A stretch of DNA of 64,000 bases, taken from the NCBI GenBank assembly GCA_944371905.1, contig CALVYA010000006.1, forward strand, positions 5,358 through 69,357, written 5' to 3'. The notes beneath the pieces are model-generated. The model saw only the letters and a list, made by a program, of their open reading frames with translations. It was not told the DNA's origin and made no database searches. Positions within the stretch are counted from its first letter, which is position 1; every line of letters begins with the position of its first letter. The position numbers and the translations under genes are program-made. Shown here piece by piece: positions 30,370 to 39,386 of the stretch. The stretch comes from an uncultured Bacilli bacterium (GTDB lineage: Bacteria > Bacillota_I > Bacilli_A > RF39 > UBA660).

Positions 30370-30481
30370 CTACTACCAGTAAATAATTTTTTATTTACTA
30401 CATAAATTATAATCTCTTTAGGGGTATATTTCCTTTGGTAAATTTTACCATTTGTAGTGCAAAAAAAAACTCATAATGAGT

Positions 30482-31159
30482 TTATTTCAATTCTTGTAAA
30501 CTTTTAATTTTAACACTTTCCTTTTTTATAATACGACTCTTGTCTAAATCTAAATATTTCTTATACGCCTCATCTGCCATGTTTTTTAAAGTTTGATTTC
30601 GATGTCTACTTTCACTACTAATTCTATTAAATAATACTTGAGAAAAATTTATATTTATAGTTGTTAAAATATCTTGATGCATTTCTTCATTAACACAAGA
30701 ATACGCGTTTGTTAATTCATTATATAAAGATATTTCTGTTTCCTCTTTGATTGTTAAATTTAAATTTTCTTCAAAAGGAAGTTCGTTGTTATCTATTTGT
30801 TTGTTATATTCTTTTAAAAATTTTTTAGTATTACTTACTTTATTTTCTTGATTACTAATGTAATCTTTATTGCTGTCTCGTTTTTCATTAATTACAATAA
30901 TTGTACTTTCTAACATTGAATTTTTACTGTTATTTAAGATATGTTTTATAACTTCATCATCTATATCTACAGAATATTTATCATAAATTTTTTTCAAAGA
31001 AGACAATAATTTGGCTATTTCTATTTTTATAATATTTTTAGTCGCTAATTTAAAAGTATCAGCATTATTATCTAAATCTAATCTTAATTTATCAAAAAAC
31101 ATTTTTTGATGTTTTTCACTAAATATTTCATCAATATCTATTTCTACATTATTATTCAT
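30482..31159 (-). CDS. Hypothetical helical protein
   Basis: Long ORF filling the mfd-spoVT gap; AGGTG RBS before ATG 31159; no recognised motif. Confidence 0.7.
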   Translation of the reverse strand: MNNNVEIDIDEIFSEKHQKMFFDKLRLDLDNNADTFKLATKNIIKIEIAKLLSSLKKIYDKYSVDIDDEVIKHILNNSKNSMLESTIIVINEKRDSNKDYISNQENKVSNTKKFLKEYNKQIDNNELPFEENLNLTIKEETEISLYNELTNAYSCVNEEMHQDILTTININFSQVLFNRISSESRHRNQTLKNMADEAYKKYLDLDKSRIIKKESVKIKSLQELK

Positions 31160-31227
31160 AATAACACCTATTTCTATTCTTAATAATTTAATCTTATCAA
31201 ATATATGTTTAATAGTCAACCTTGACT

Positions 31228-34200
31228 CTATTCATTAAAAGTTATTTTATCAAGCAATTCCACTAAATAATAAATATAATGTTTATTCAATTTTAAGATA
31301 TCAAGAATAATAATTAAATGATTATTTTTGAACATAAATCTAAACATATTAGAAATTTTATATGCCTCTTCGAAGACCTTTTCTCCATCAATTTTATTAG
31401 AATACTCTTCATCAAAAATTAATTCAATAAAATTCTTAGTCTCTTTAACACTATCTACATGTTTATCTTTAGCTAATTTTTCAAACCATTCTTCATACAT
31501 ATAAATAATTAAATTATCATCCAATTTACCAAATCGATCTTCTAATTCTAATTTTACTTCTAATAATTTATTATAGGAATCAATTTCATTAATTTTCTTA
31601 TGTATTTCAATTTTTAATTCATTTTCTTCTACATAGCTATCTTCAATATGAGTATCAACTTCGATTAATGGTTTAGTTTCGTTAATAACTTCTTCTTCCA
31701 CAGATTCCCCTTTTAATCTTTTGATTTCATCATTTAATATTTTTAAATATAAATCTATACCAACATTATCAATAAATCCGGCTTGCTCACTTCCTAAAAC
31801 ATCTCCGGCACCTCTTATAGATAAATCACGTGTGGCAATAGAAAATCCACTTCCTAATTCGGTAAATTCTTTAATAACTTTTAATCTTTTTACAGCGGTC
31901 TCTGTTAATACTTTATTTTTATTATACATTAAATAGGCATAAGCAATTTTATCACTTCTTCCTACTCTTCCGCGAATTTGATATAATTGACTAAGTCCAA
32001 ATCGATCTGCGTCAATTATTATTAATGTATTAACATTTGGAATATCAATCCCTGTTTCAATAATCGTTGTACATAGTAACACATCATATTCATGATTAAT
32101 AAATTTAATCATAATATCTTCTAATTCTTCTTTATTCATTCTACCGTGTGCATAAATAATCCTAGCATCTGGTACTAACTTAGAAATTTCAATTGCCTTA
32201 TTCTCTATTTTTTCTACACTATTAAATAATAGAAAAACTTGACCATCTCTAGACAATTCTTTATAAATAGCTTCTTTTATTAAAAAATCATTTTCCTCGA
32301 TAACATAAGTTTCAACAGGATATCTATTAACTGGTGGAGTTTCTATCAAAGATAAACTTCTAATTCCCATCATTGACATTTGTAAGGTTCTTGGTATTGG
32401 TGTAGCCGTTAAAGTAAGAACATCAATGTTATTCTTATACTGTTTTATTTTTTCTTTATGTACAACACCAAATCGCTGTTCTTCATCGATTACTAGAAGT
32501 CCCAAATTACTAGGTTGAATATCGTTACTTAAAATACGATGGGTTCCAAATAAAATATCAATTTTTCCCGTTTTTAAATCGTTTAAAATTTCCTTTGTAC
32601 GTTTAGATGAAGTAAATCTATTTAAAACTGCTATATTAACCGGGAAATTTTTAAATCTTTGAATAGCATTATTATATTGCTGATTTGACAAAATTGTAGT
32701 AGGGCATAAATATAAAACTTGTTTTGAATCAGATACTGCCTTAAATATAGCCCTAAAAGCTACTTCTGTTTTTCCATATCCAACATCTCCACATAGTAAT
32801 CTATCCATAGGATGAATTGATTCCATATCAGACTTTATTTGATTAATAGCTATTCTTTGATCTGGCGTTAATTCATATTGAAATTCATCTTCAAATATCT
32901 GTTGTAACTCACTATCGACACTAAATGCATATCCCTTTTGCATCTCACGAGATGCATATAATCTAATAAGATCGGCAGCTATTTCTTTTACCTTATTTTT
33001 TACTCTAAGTTTTGTCTTAGCCCATTCCGTACCACCTAATTTATGAATTTTAGGTACTACTCCTTCTTTTCCCGTATATTTACTTATTAATTCGATCTTT
33101 TCTACTGGAATATACAGTTTATCTTTTCCTTCATAAAGAAGCTCTAAATAATCTTTTTTTAATCCGTTTTTAGTTAAAGTTTTAATACCATTATATATAC
33201 CAATACCATGAACATTATGCACTACATAATCCCCAATATTGAGATTACTTATATTTTTTATCCTTGTCGAATATTTAAATGTTGTTTTATATTTATTCTT
33301 ATTAGTGTTAGTGTTAAATAATTCTTTTTCAGTTAAAACAATATAATCATTATATATAAAACCCTGATTAAGATATAAATTAACGATATTCAATTTATTT
33401 TCAATAATAGAATCATTTTCTACTTTTACATATTCTAAATCAATGAATTTTATAAAACTTGTAATCTGATAATCTTTAAGACATACAATTACAGTTTTTT
33501 CGTGTTTTAAATTGTCAATAATATAATTTCTAATTGCTTCTACGTTTTCACGAAAGGAACCAATCGTATGAACATCAAATTTCACATTTTTTTTATTATT
33601 AAAATTCATTATATCGGAATCAATTGTATTATATAAAGTACAATCATAAGGAATTTTATCTAAAGTAAACATTATATTTTGTGTAGTATTTAAATCATTC
33701 CTGCTAAAATAATCATGTATATCTTCTTGTAATTTTTCGTAGCTTATTTTTAATTGTGAATAATCCTTTACTATTACAATTGGGTCTTTAATATAATCCA
33801 AAATATTTTCTGGATTATCAACAATATTAAACCTTTTTTTAAATTCATTTTCTTCATCAAAAATTTCACTATTAGGATAAATAGTGACTTCATTAATAGT
33901 TTCAATTGATTTTTGGGTTGTTGTATCAAAAATACGTATTGATTCTATTTCATCGCCAAAAAATTCTAAACGAACAGCATTAGGTAAACCTAAGGGAAAT
34001 ATATCTATAACAAAGCCTCTTATTCCCATATCTCCTGTTCTAGTCACAGTTGTTTCCCTAATATATCCAATATTCAATAATTTACTTATTAATTCATCTC
34101 TATCAATGGAATCTCCTGTTTTTAAATTAATAATATGATTAGAATAACTCTTTTTAGAAGGTAAATATCTCAAATAAGAATTTAAATGAGTAATAATAAT

Positions 34201-34506
34201 ATGTCTTTTATCCTTCATTAGTTCGTTTAACGTTTCTAACCTAGTAGTCTTTAATTCTGGACTAGTAGCAATAGAAGCGCTAGCTAAAAAATCATCCATT
34301 GGAAATAATAAAGCATTATTATCATAATTATTAATAGAATTTACTAACTTATTTGCTTCAAACAAAGTAGATGTTATAATAACAATATTTCTGTTATTTA
34401 CTTTTGATAAATTAGAAATATATAGACAAAAAAAGTCATCCGTCATGCCATATAAACTAACATTATTCAAATCCATACTATAATCTAACTTATCAAATAA
34501 ATTCAT
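31228..34506 (-). CDS. mfd: Transcription-repair coupling factor
   Basis: GDYVVH, GDVGYGKT, DEEQRFG, QIRGRVGRS. Confidence 0.96.
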   Translation of the reverse strand: MNLFDKLDYSMDLNNVSLYGMTDDFFCLYISNLSKVNNRNIVIITSTLFEANKLVNSINNYDNNALLFPMDDFLASASIATSPELKTTRLETLNELMKDKRHIIITHLNSYLRYLPSKKSYSNHIINLKTGDSIDRDELISKLLNIGYIRETTVTRTGDMGIRGFVIDIFPLGLPNAVRLEFFGDEIESIRIFDTTTQKSIETINEVTIYPNSEIFDEENEFKKRFNIVDNPENILDYIKDPIVIVKDYSQLKISYEKLQEDIHDYFSRNDLNTTQNIMFTLDKIPYDCTLYNTIDSDIMNFNNKKNVKFDVHTIGSFRENVEAIRNYIIDNLKHEKTVIVCLKDYQITSFIKFIDLEYVKVENDSIIENKLNIVNLYLNQGFIYNDYIVLTEKELFNTNTNKNKYKTTFKYSTRIKNISNLNIGDYVVHNVHGIGIYNGIKTLTKNGLKKDYLELLYEGKDKLYIPVEKIELISKYTGKEGVVPKIHKLGGTEWAKTKLRVKNKVKEIAADLIRLYASREMQKGYAFSVDSELQQIFEDEFQYELTPDQRIAINQIKSDMESIHPMDRLLCGDVGYGKTEVAFRAIFKAVSDSKQVLYLCPTTILSNQQYNNAIQRFKNFPVNIAVLNRFTSSKRTKEILNDLKTGKIDILFGTHRILSNDIQPSNLGLLVIDEEQRFGVVHKEKIKQYKNNIDVLTLTATPIPRTLQMSMMGIRSLSLIETPPVNRYPVETYVIEENDFLIKEAIYKELSRDGQVFLLFNSVEKIENKAIEISKLVPDARIIYAHGRMNKEELEDIMIKFINHEYDVLLCTTIIETGIDIPNVNTLIIIDADRFGLSQLYQIRGRVGRSDKIAYAYLMYNKNKVLTETAVKRLKVIKEFTELGSGFSIATRDLSIRGAGDVLGSEQAGFIDNVGIDLYLKILNDEIKRLKGESVEEEVINETKPLIEVDTHIEDSYVEENELKIEIHKKINEIDSYNKLLEVKLELEDRFGKLDDNLIIYMYEEWFEKLAKDKHVDSVKETKNFIELIFDEEYSNKIDGEKVFEEAYKISNMFRFMFKNNHLIIILDILKLNKHYIYYLVELLDKITFNE

Positions 34507-34516
34507 ATTATCACCA

Positions 34517-35077
34517 TCATTTCCTATTATATTTTGACATTAATTTTTCCATATCCATTTTAAAAAAATCATCAATTATGTTACAAACTATATCTATGTT
34601 ATTATTAAAAATTTCCATCGTTTGATTATCAATCTTAGATAAAACATAATCTTTTGTATCTATGGCTTTATTGTTAGAAATACCAATTCTTAATCTTGAA
34701 TAATCTTTAGTCTTCAACATTAATTCTATATTTTTTAAACCATTATGACCACCACTACTACCAGAAGGTCTTATGCGTATTTTTCCTGACTCTAAATTTA
34801 AATCATCACATATTATAAATATATCTTTTAATTCAATATTAAAATAATCAATATACTTTTTTATTACCTCCCCCGATAAATTAATATAACTTTGTGGTTT
34901 TAATAAAATAGCTTTCTCATGATTAATGAGTAAATCACAATATAATCCATTGAATTTTTTTTTATTTATAATCACATTTTTCCTTTCAGCATATTTATCA
35001 ATATAAAAAAATCCTATATTATGTCTTGTTTTATCATACTCATTACCAGGATTACCTAGCCCTACTATTAATTTCAT
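34517..35077 (-). CDS. pth: Peptidyl-tRNA hydrolase
   Basis: GLGNPG, TRHNIGF, GGHNGLK. Confidence 0.96.
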   Translation of the reverse strand: MKLIVGLGNPGNEYDKTRHNIGFFYIDKYAERKNVIINKKKFNGLYCDLLINHEKAILLKPQSYINLSGEVIKKYIDYFNIELKDIFIICDDLNLESGKIRIRPSGSSGGHNGLKNIELMLKTKDYSRLRIGISNNKAIDTKDYVLSKIDNQTMEIFNNNIDIVCNIIDDFFKMDMEKLMSKYNRK

Positions 35078-35923
35078 CTATTCACATCCTTTATGATATT
35101 CTTTATAAATATCTGATTTTGTCGTTTTTCTATCGCGAGCTACTAATTTCATAGCTTCTTTTTCGCTATATCCTAAATTAATATAATTTTTAATATGATC
35201 TATTATACTAATATTATCATAATTAGAATTATCCTTATTACCTTCCACTATTATGACAAATTCTCCTTTTATTTCGCCTGTTAATTCATTTATCACTACA
35301 TCTATTTTACCTCGATATATTTCTTCATATATTTTAGATATTTCTCTACTTATCGATATTTTTCTATTACCAAATATTTTTTTTAAAGATTTTAAGGTAT
35401 CCATTATTCGATGAGGAGATTCATAAAAAATTAAAGTATATTTAAAATCTTTTAATTCTTCCAACTCTTTTTCTAATTTAGATGTCTTAGAATTTAAAAA
35501 CCCATAAAATAGAAAATGATTCGATTCAATACCAGATGTTATTAAAGCTGGGATCAAAGCTGTAGCACCAGGTAAACCAATAACATTATGACCTTTATCT
35601 ACAACATATTCTACTGTTTTATAACCTGGATCACTAATAATTGGTGTCCCTCTATCAGTAATAATTCCAACATCATATCCTTGATCCAAACAGGTTAAGA
35701 TTTTTTCTTTTACCACATTTTCATTAATATTATTACAGCTAATTAATTTTTTCTTAATATTTAATTGATTTAATAATAATTTAGCTACTCTAGTATCTTC
35801 ACAAAAAATTATCTCTACTTGTTTTAAAATATTTATTGATCTTAATGTTATATCTTCCAAATTTCCTATAGGAGTTGGAATTAAATATAGTGCATTTTTA
35901 CCACTATAACTTTTTTGACTCAT
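35078..35923 (-). CDS. rsmI: 16S rRNA C1402 2'-O-methyltransferase
   Basis: TPIGNLEDIT, CEDTR, GTPIISDPG, YESPHR. Confidence 0.95.
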   Translation of the reverse strand: MSQKSYSGKNALYLIPTPIGNLEDITLRSINILKQVEIIFCEDTRVAKLLLNQLNIKKKLISCNNINENVVKEKILTCLDQGYDVGIITDRGTPIISDPGYKTVEYVVDKGHNVIGLPGATALIPALITSGIESNHFLFYGFLNSKTSKLEKELEELKDFKYTLIFYESPHRIMDTLKSLKKIFGNRKISISREISKIYEEIYRGKIDVVINELTGEIKGEFVIIVEGNKDNSNYDNISIIDHIKNYINLGYSEKEAMKLVARDRKTTKSDIYKEYHKGCE

Positions 35924-35932
35924 AAAAACCTC

Positions 35933-36652
35933 CTAACTAAAATATTTAAGAACTTCTTCACTGTATGTACCATCATGATTATGAACTATAATTGAAGGCA
36001 TAATTTTCATACCTGGATTGCCTCCTTTTTTTCCCTCTATTAAAACAATATTAGACTCTTCACCCAGTTTTGGATAAATTAATTGAATTTTTTTAGGCTC
36101 AATCTTATATTTTTTAAATAAAGAAATTAATTCTATTAATCGATCACTTCTATGTACAATCGCTAATAATCCGCCATTTTTTAAATACATACTAGAAATT
36201 TCTATAATTTCTTCTAAATCAATTTTTAATTCATGTCTTGCTATAGTTTTATGAATATCTTCATTAATTTTACTTTTTTCCTGCAATTTAAAATAAGGAG
36301 GATTAGAAACAATAACGTCAAAAAAACCATATTTAAAATATTGGCCTATATTATGAACATCATCATTTATTAATTGAATTTGATCTTGCAAATGATTTAT
36401 TTTAATACTTTCTTGTGCTAGATCATAAATATCCTTTTGTATTTCTATTCCAAATATATTACACTTCGTTCTTGTTGATAAAATTAAGGGAATAGGTGCA
36501 TTACCTGTACCTATATCTAAAATGTTTTTAGTATCTTTATTTATTGTTACAAATCTAGGTAATAGTACTGAATCAAGTGAAAAACTAAACCATTCTGAAT
36601 TTTGAATTATTCTCAGATTTTTATATCCAATTAAATCATTTATTACTTTCAT
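35933..36652 (-). CDS. tRNA1(Val) A37 N6-methyltransferase (YabB-like)
   Basis: FSLDSVLL, DIGTGN, NPPYF, IARHE. Confidence 0.88.
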   Translation of the reverse strand: MKVINDLIGYKNLRIIQNSEWFSFSLDSVLLPRFVTINKDTKNILDIGTGNAPIPLILSTRTKCNIFGIEIQKDIYDLAQESIKINHLQDQIQLINDDVHNIGQYFKYGFFDVIVSNPPYFKLQEKSKINEDIHKTIARHELKIDLEEIIEISSMYLKNGGLLAIVHRSDRLIELISLFKKYKIEPKKIQLIYPKLGEESNIVLIEGKKGGNPGMKIMPSIIVHNHDGTYSEEVLKYFS

Positions 36653-37436
36653 ACTCTTCCACAAAAATTTCTGTTAATATTTTATCACTTGATTCAATAG
36701 TAAATGTTTTTTTAAATAAATTATGTGATACAACTTTTCCACTCAAATTATTTACTTTGATATAACTACCTAAATCTGGATACTTTTTTTTCATTTCGCT
36801 ATATTGCTCATCTTCATAGTTAAGACAACATAAAAGTCTTCCACAAATACCATTAATTTTACTTGGATTTAATGCTATATATTGATTTTTTGCCATATTT
36901 ATAGATACACTATTAAAATCCGTTAAAAAACTATTACAACATAAAAATCGTCCACATGGTCCTAAACCACCTATTTCTTTAGCTTTATCCCTAACACCAA
37001 TTTGTCTTAATTCAATTCTAGTTTTATAAATAGATGCTAATTTTTTTGCCAATTCTCTAAAATCAATTCTTTCATCAGCAACAAAATTATAAATTAATTG
37101 ATTTTTATCTAAAGTAAAATAAGCCCCTATAAAGTTCATATTTAAATTTAACTTTTTTGCATTTTTTTTGGCATCATCTAAAGCTTTCACACTTAATTTT
37201 TGATTTTTAGCATTTTGATTAATATCTTCCTCATTAGCTAATCTTATTATTTTTTTTAGTGGAGTAGTTAAATGCTTATCTTCCATTGATTTAACGTTCG
37301 TAAATACTTCACCAAATTGAACACCTTTTTCTGTTTCTACTACTACTTTATCACCTTTTTTTACATCTAAGGAATTTCTTTCAAAAAAATACAATCTATT
37401 TGAACTTTCGAATTTTACTCCTACTACTTCATTCAT
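36636..37436 (-). CDS. yaaT: PSP1-domain RicT/YaaT
   Basis: RIDFREL, RIELRQIGVRD, GPCGR..CC, GICGRLLCCLNYE. Confidence 0.93.
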   Translation of the reverse strand: MNEVVGVKFESSNRLYFFERNSLDVKKGDKVVVETEKGVQFGEVFTNVKSMEDKHLTTPLKKIIRLANEEDINQNAKNQKLSVKALDDAKKNAKKLNLNMNFIGAYFTLDKNQLIYNFVADERIDFRELAKKLASIYKTRIELRQIGVRDKAKEIGGLGPCGRFLCCNSFLTDFNSVSINMAKNQYIALNPSKINGICGRLLCCLNYEDEQYSEMKKKYPDLGSYIKVNNLSGKVVSHNLFKKTFTIESSDKILTEIFVEEYESNK

Positions 37437-37437
37437 A

Positions 37438-38247
37438 CTACTCAACTCCAAACATAGAAATCATCAATTTATCAACTAGTAATTTTAAATTAATATTAAA
37501 ATCTAATGAATCAATTATAAAAATAAGCCCATTTATTCTTCTTTTTATATCAATTATTTTATTGTTTTTTATAATTTTGTCAAACGTTTTTTGTATTTCA
37601 TCATCATTGTCTACGGTAAGTATATTCAACATAATCCGTTCATATAACTTTATAACTTTTTTTAAAAAAGATTGTAATTCAATTTTATCTTCGTACTCCG
37701 AAAATTTTTCTAATATTTCAATAGAAGCTAGCATTTTTTTAGTTTCTATATTATGAATAAATTCGATAGCATCGTTATAATCATTATCATCTTCATTATA
37801 ATTATAACTCAAGTTTATAAACTCACACCGTGATACTATCGTATCCATAACTTTATTTTTATTTTCTGTAATTAATAAGGCAATAATATCCTCATCGGGT
37901 TCTTCTAAAAACTTTAGCAAAGTATTACCTGATGATTTATTTAAGTTCTCTGCATTTTTAATCACATATATTCTTTTATTGTTATACGATGACTTTGCTT
38001 TAAATTCTTCTTTTAAATTTAATATTTGTTCTTTTTTTATCCACTGACCTTCTGGTTCTATGATTTTAAAATCTGGATATATTCCTTCCATTATCAATGT
38101 ATCAATATTATCAACAACTTCTTTTTTTGATAATATAATCTTAACTATTTTTATTATTATATTAAAATCCGAAGTTTTTAATAAATAAGCATGTCCAATA
38201 TTATCATTACTAAAATATGTTTTTATTATATTATCAAAATCTAACAT
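37438..38247 (-). CDS. holB: DNA polymerase III delta' subunit (divergent)
   Basis: HAYLL, NTLLKFLEEP, TIVSRC; upstream of yaaT. Confidence 0.85.
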   Translation of the reverse strand: MLDFDNIIKTYFSNDNIGHAYLLKTSDFNIIIKIVKIILSKKEVVDNIDTLIMEGIYPDFKIIEPEGQWIKKEQILNLKEEFKAKSSYNNKRIYVIKNAENLNKSSGNTLLKFLEEPDEDIIALLITENKNKVMDTIVSRCEFINLSYNYNEDDNDYNDAIEFIHNIETKKMLASIEILEKFSEYEDKIELQSFLKKVIKLYERIMLNILTVDNDDEIQKTFDKIIKNNKIIDIKRRINGLIFIIDSLDFNINLKLLVDKLMISMFGVE

Positions 38248-38258
38248 TATTACCTCCA

Positions 38259-38438
38259 TTAAAATATTAATATGAATGAAAAAACCAATAAAATCATCGC
38301 CGGTATATCTAATAAAGTTACTAAAGCTATAGTGATATAATTAATTGGTACTATTAAACCAAACTTAATAGATATTAAATTAAAACTATATAAAAGTACT
38401 ACTGCAAAAATTAATTTTTTTATTAACTTTGTTATCAT
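38259..38438 (-). CDS. bofA: Pro-sigmaK processing inhibitor BofA-like, 59 aa (missing from the ORF track)
   Basis: My translation MITKLIKKLIFAVVLLYSFNLISIKFGLIVPINYITIALVTLLDIPAMILLVFSFILIF contains the PINxxT motif; GAGGG RBS; follows recR as in Bacillus. Confidence 0.78.
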   Translation of the reverse strand: MITKLIKKLIFAVVLLYSFNLISIKFGLIVPINYITIALVTLLDIPAMILLVFSFILIF

Positions 38439-38476
38439 TTTTATCCCTCAATCTAATTTATGAGGATAAAATCATA

Positions 38477-39073
38477 TTATTCAATTTCTTTTCTATCAAT
38501 TAATGCTCTTTCTAAAGTTAATGAATCAATATATTCAATATCAGCACCTAAAGGAATCCCACTAGCAATTCGCGTAACCCTAACATTTAAACCTTCTAAA
38601 ACTTTTTTTATATATAAACTAGTCGTTTCTCCTTCAATACTAGGTTTAACTGCTATTATTATTTCTTCGAAAGATGCATTTTCAACACGTTTTACCAATT
38701 TCTCTATTCCAATATCTTCTGGATTAATTCCATCTAAAGGAGATATTAAATTATCTAAAACATGATAATACCCTTTAAAAGAGCCAATTTTCTCAAATAG
38801 AAAAATACTTCTACAATCTTCCACAATACATAATGTTTTGCTATCTCTAGAACTAGAAGAACAAATATTACAAATGTCTTCATCAGTAATATTAGAACAG
38901 ATAGGACACTTATGTAATTTTTGCCTTGCCTCAATAATAGACTTTGAAAAAAAATCAGCTTTTTCTTCATCAATACTTAACATGTAAAAAGCTAATCTTT
39001 CTGCTGTTTTTTCACCAATTCCTGGTAACAATTTAAATCCTTCTATTAAATCTTTCAAACTTTCAGGATACAT
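38477..39073 (-). CDS. recR: Recombination mediator RecR
   Basis: LPGIGEKTAERLA, C4 zinc finger, Toprim EGETT. Confidence 0.96.
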   Translation of the reverse strand: MYPESLKDLIEGFKLLPGIGEKTAERLAFYMLSIDEEKADFFSKSIIEARQKLHKCPICSNITDEDICNICSSSSRDSKTLCIVEDCRSIFLFEKIGSFKGYYHVLDNLISPLDGINPEDIGIEKLVKRVENASFEEIIIAVKPSIEGETTSLYIKKVLEGLNVRVTRIASGIPLGADIEYIDSLTLERALIDRKEIE

Positions 39074-39075
39074 AA

Positions 39076-39372
39076 TTAAAATAGACCTGGGATATTACTA
39101 AATTTTCCCATTTTTTCTTCTGTCATATCATCAATCTTTTTTAATGCTGAATTAACTGCTACCACGATCATATCTTCTAGCATTTCTATTTCGTCTTCTT
39201 GTATTGCTTCTTTGGTATTTATTTTTATTGATTTTATTTCCTTATTTCCTTTAATTTCAACTTGTACTAAAGCATTCTCTCCAGTAAATATTGTGTTATC
39301 AATTTCTTCTTTAGCTTTTAACATATCTTTTTGCATACTTTGTGCCTGTTTCAATAAAGCTTGCATATTCAT
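39076..39372 (-). CDS. YbaB/EbfC nucleoid-associated protein
   Basis: KQAQSMQ, EMLEDMIVVAVN; between dnaX and recR. Confidence 0.92.
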   Translation of the reverse strand: MNMQALLKQAQSMQKDMLKAKEEIDNTIFTGENALVQVEIKGNKEIKSIKINTKEAIQEDEIEMLEDMIVVAVNSALKKIDDMTEEKMGKFSNIPGLF

Positions 39373-39386
39373 AATTATTCTCTCCT

